Shown here piece by piece: positions 26,329 to 27,179 of a stretch of 27,179 bases of DNA. The position numbers and the translations under genes were made by a program. Source of the stretch: a virus (lineage: Duplodnaviria; Caudoviricetes); the IMG/VR virus record IMGVR_UViG_3300016474_000359, positions 1 to 27,179 of that record, one strand, 5' to 3'. Numbering within the stretch: position 1 is the stretch's first letter; every line of letters begins with the position of its first letter. Under the pieces are notes generated by a model that saw only the letters and a program-made list of their open reading frames with translations, was not told the DNA's origin and ran no database searches.

Positions 26329-26997
26329 TTATTGCTCCGCTGTCCGCTTCTCGCCGCCGCGATAAACGTCCTTGCGGTCGCGGGCTTCGCCGAGGTTCTT
26401 GAGGCCCTGAAGGCCGATGAGGAAGCGCTCGCCGTATGTGGCGGCCATGCCGTCAATACCCGAGGTGCGCTTCATCCAGTTTGCTGCCTCTTCGAGCGTG
26501 CCGTAGAGCAGCGTGTCATAGGCGTTCTCGCTGAGCCACGTCGTGCCCGAAGGCGCGCCCGCCGTCAGCGAGGCGGGCTTGTAGAAGTAGTGCAGCTCGG
26601 CGGCGTAGCTCTGCGTCGGGGTCGGGGCCACGATAATCGTGGTGTCGTTCGCGTCGGCGCTGAACAGGGCGTAGTAGCGCGGCACGCCGGTGACCGTCGG
26701 GTCGGGGTAGACCTCGCGCATGTAGTTCACGTCCTTGTTGAGCAGGTACGTGTATTCGTTGAGCACGATGACCGCGAGGCTCGCCGGGGCGAGGAAATCA
26801 TCGGGGAGCTGGAGGTATTTGTTACCGGCGCTGAACGAGCCGGTAACGTTTTTGCGGAAGAAGGGGAGCTGGACGAAATACCAGATGCGCTCTTCAGCCT
26901 CGCGGATGAAGGTCGGGATCATGGCAACAAAGTCGGGGTCGTCGTACTGAGTGTACGACTGCACGTCCGCTTCGAGGTCGGCCAGCGTGTAGACCAT
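26329..26997 (-). CDS. Head-tail adaptor / tail tubular protein A-like (222 aa)
   Basis: IPTFIREAEERI, LP.DFL, G.PRYYA, PTP and LLYG.L.EA motifs; size and position at the start of the tail module. Confidence 0.7.
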   Translation of the reverse strand: MVYTLADLEADVQSYTQYDDPDFVAMIPTFIREAEERIWYFVQLPFFRKNVTGSFSAGNKYLQLPDDFLAPASLAVIVLNEYTYLLNKDVNYMREVYPDPTVTGVPRYYALFSADANDTTIIVAPTPTQSYAAELHYFYKPASLTAGAPSGTTWLSENAYDTLLYGTLEEAANWMKRTSGIDGMAATYGERFLIGLQGLKNLGEARDRKDVYRGGEKRTAEQ

Positions 26998-27161
26998 TAT
27001 TTCTGCTTCCGACCTTCGTGATAGTCGTCTTCAGCGGCGAACTTCGCCTTCTGTTCGGCGTTGAAGTACGGAGGCGCGATCTGCGGCGACATGCAATAGC
27101 GGTCAACCACAGGGCGCTTCACGATGGGCTTCATTGCGCCCATACCACGGGACTGCCTCAT
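26997..27161 (-). CDS. Small hypothetical protein (54 aa, MRQSRGMGAMKP...EGRKQK)
   Basis: Below the ORF-track cutoff. Its TAA overlaps the adaptor ATG (TAATG), and its ATG overlaps a probable upstream stop (...RKGKGK*, ATGA). Confidence 0.65.
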   Translation of the reverse strand: MRQSRGMGAMKPIVKRPVVDRYCMSPQIAPPYFNAEQKAKFAAEDDYHEGRKQK

Positions 27162-27179
27162 TTGCCTTTGCCTTTCCGA

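Noticed and set aside
14773-27021. Plus-strand ORFs antisense to the structural genes (342, 414, 417, 238 and 318 aa, and Pro-rich ORFs)
   Set aside because: They are mirror translations; the poly-Pro tracts simply reflect poly-Gly on the coding strand.
1-27179. tRNA, rRNA, integrase, transposase, intron or intein
   Set aside because: None was recognisable by eye; the window is almost fully occupied by closely coupled CDSs.

Overview
A GC-rich tailed-phage (podovirus-like, phage or prophage) late region. The minus strand carries a tightly packed virion module: small basic protein, head-tail adaptor, conserved small structural proteins, an elaborate fibre/adhesin cluster (four glycine-rich domains, 22-aa, 59-aa and 11-aa repeat proteins), a tail tube/nozzle protein, several putative ejection proteins and a 3430-aa polyvalent protein. 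By motif reading, that giant protein contains a winged helix, an HExxH metallopeptidase, an HhH-glycosylase-like domain, a GNAT, a degenerate ParB-like domain, an ADP-ribosyltransferase and an LPD38-type C-terminus. A plus-strand lysis cassette (end of a GH19-like endolysin plus three small membrane proteins) converges on it. Most notable: (1) an apparently real 85-aa gene nested out of frame on the same strand inside the giant gene (5342..5599), with its own RBS and a codon-bias switch, a candidate built-in immunity or antitoxin gene; (2) a repeated [KR]-[FYL]-S-[IV] motif at domain junctions of the giant protein, suggesting a self-processing effector polyprotein. All family assignments come from motif recognition by eye; no database search was run, and domain boundaries are approximate.
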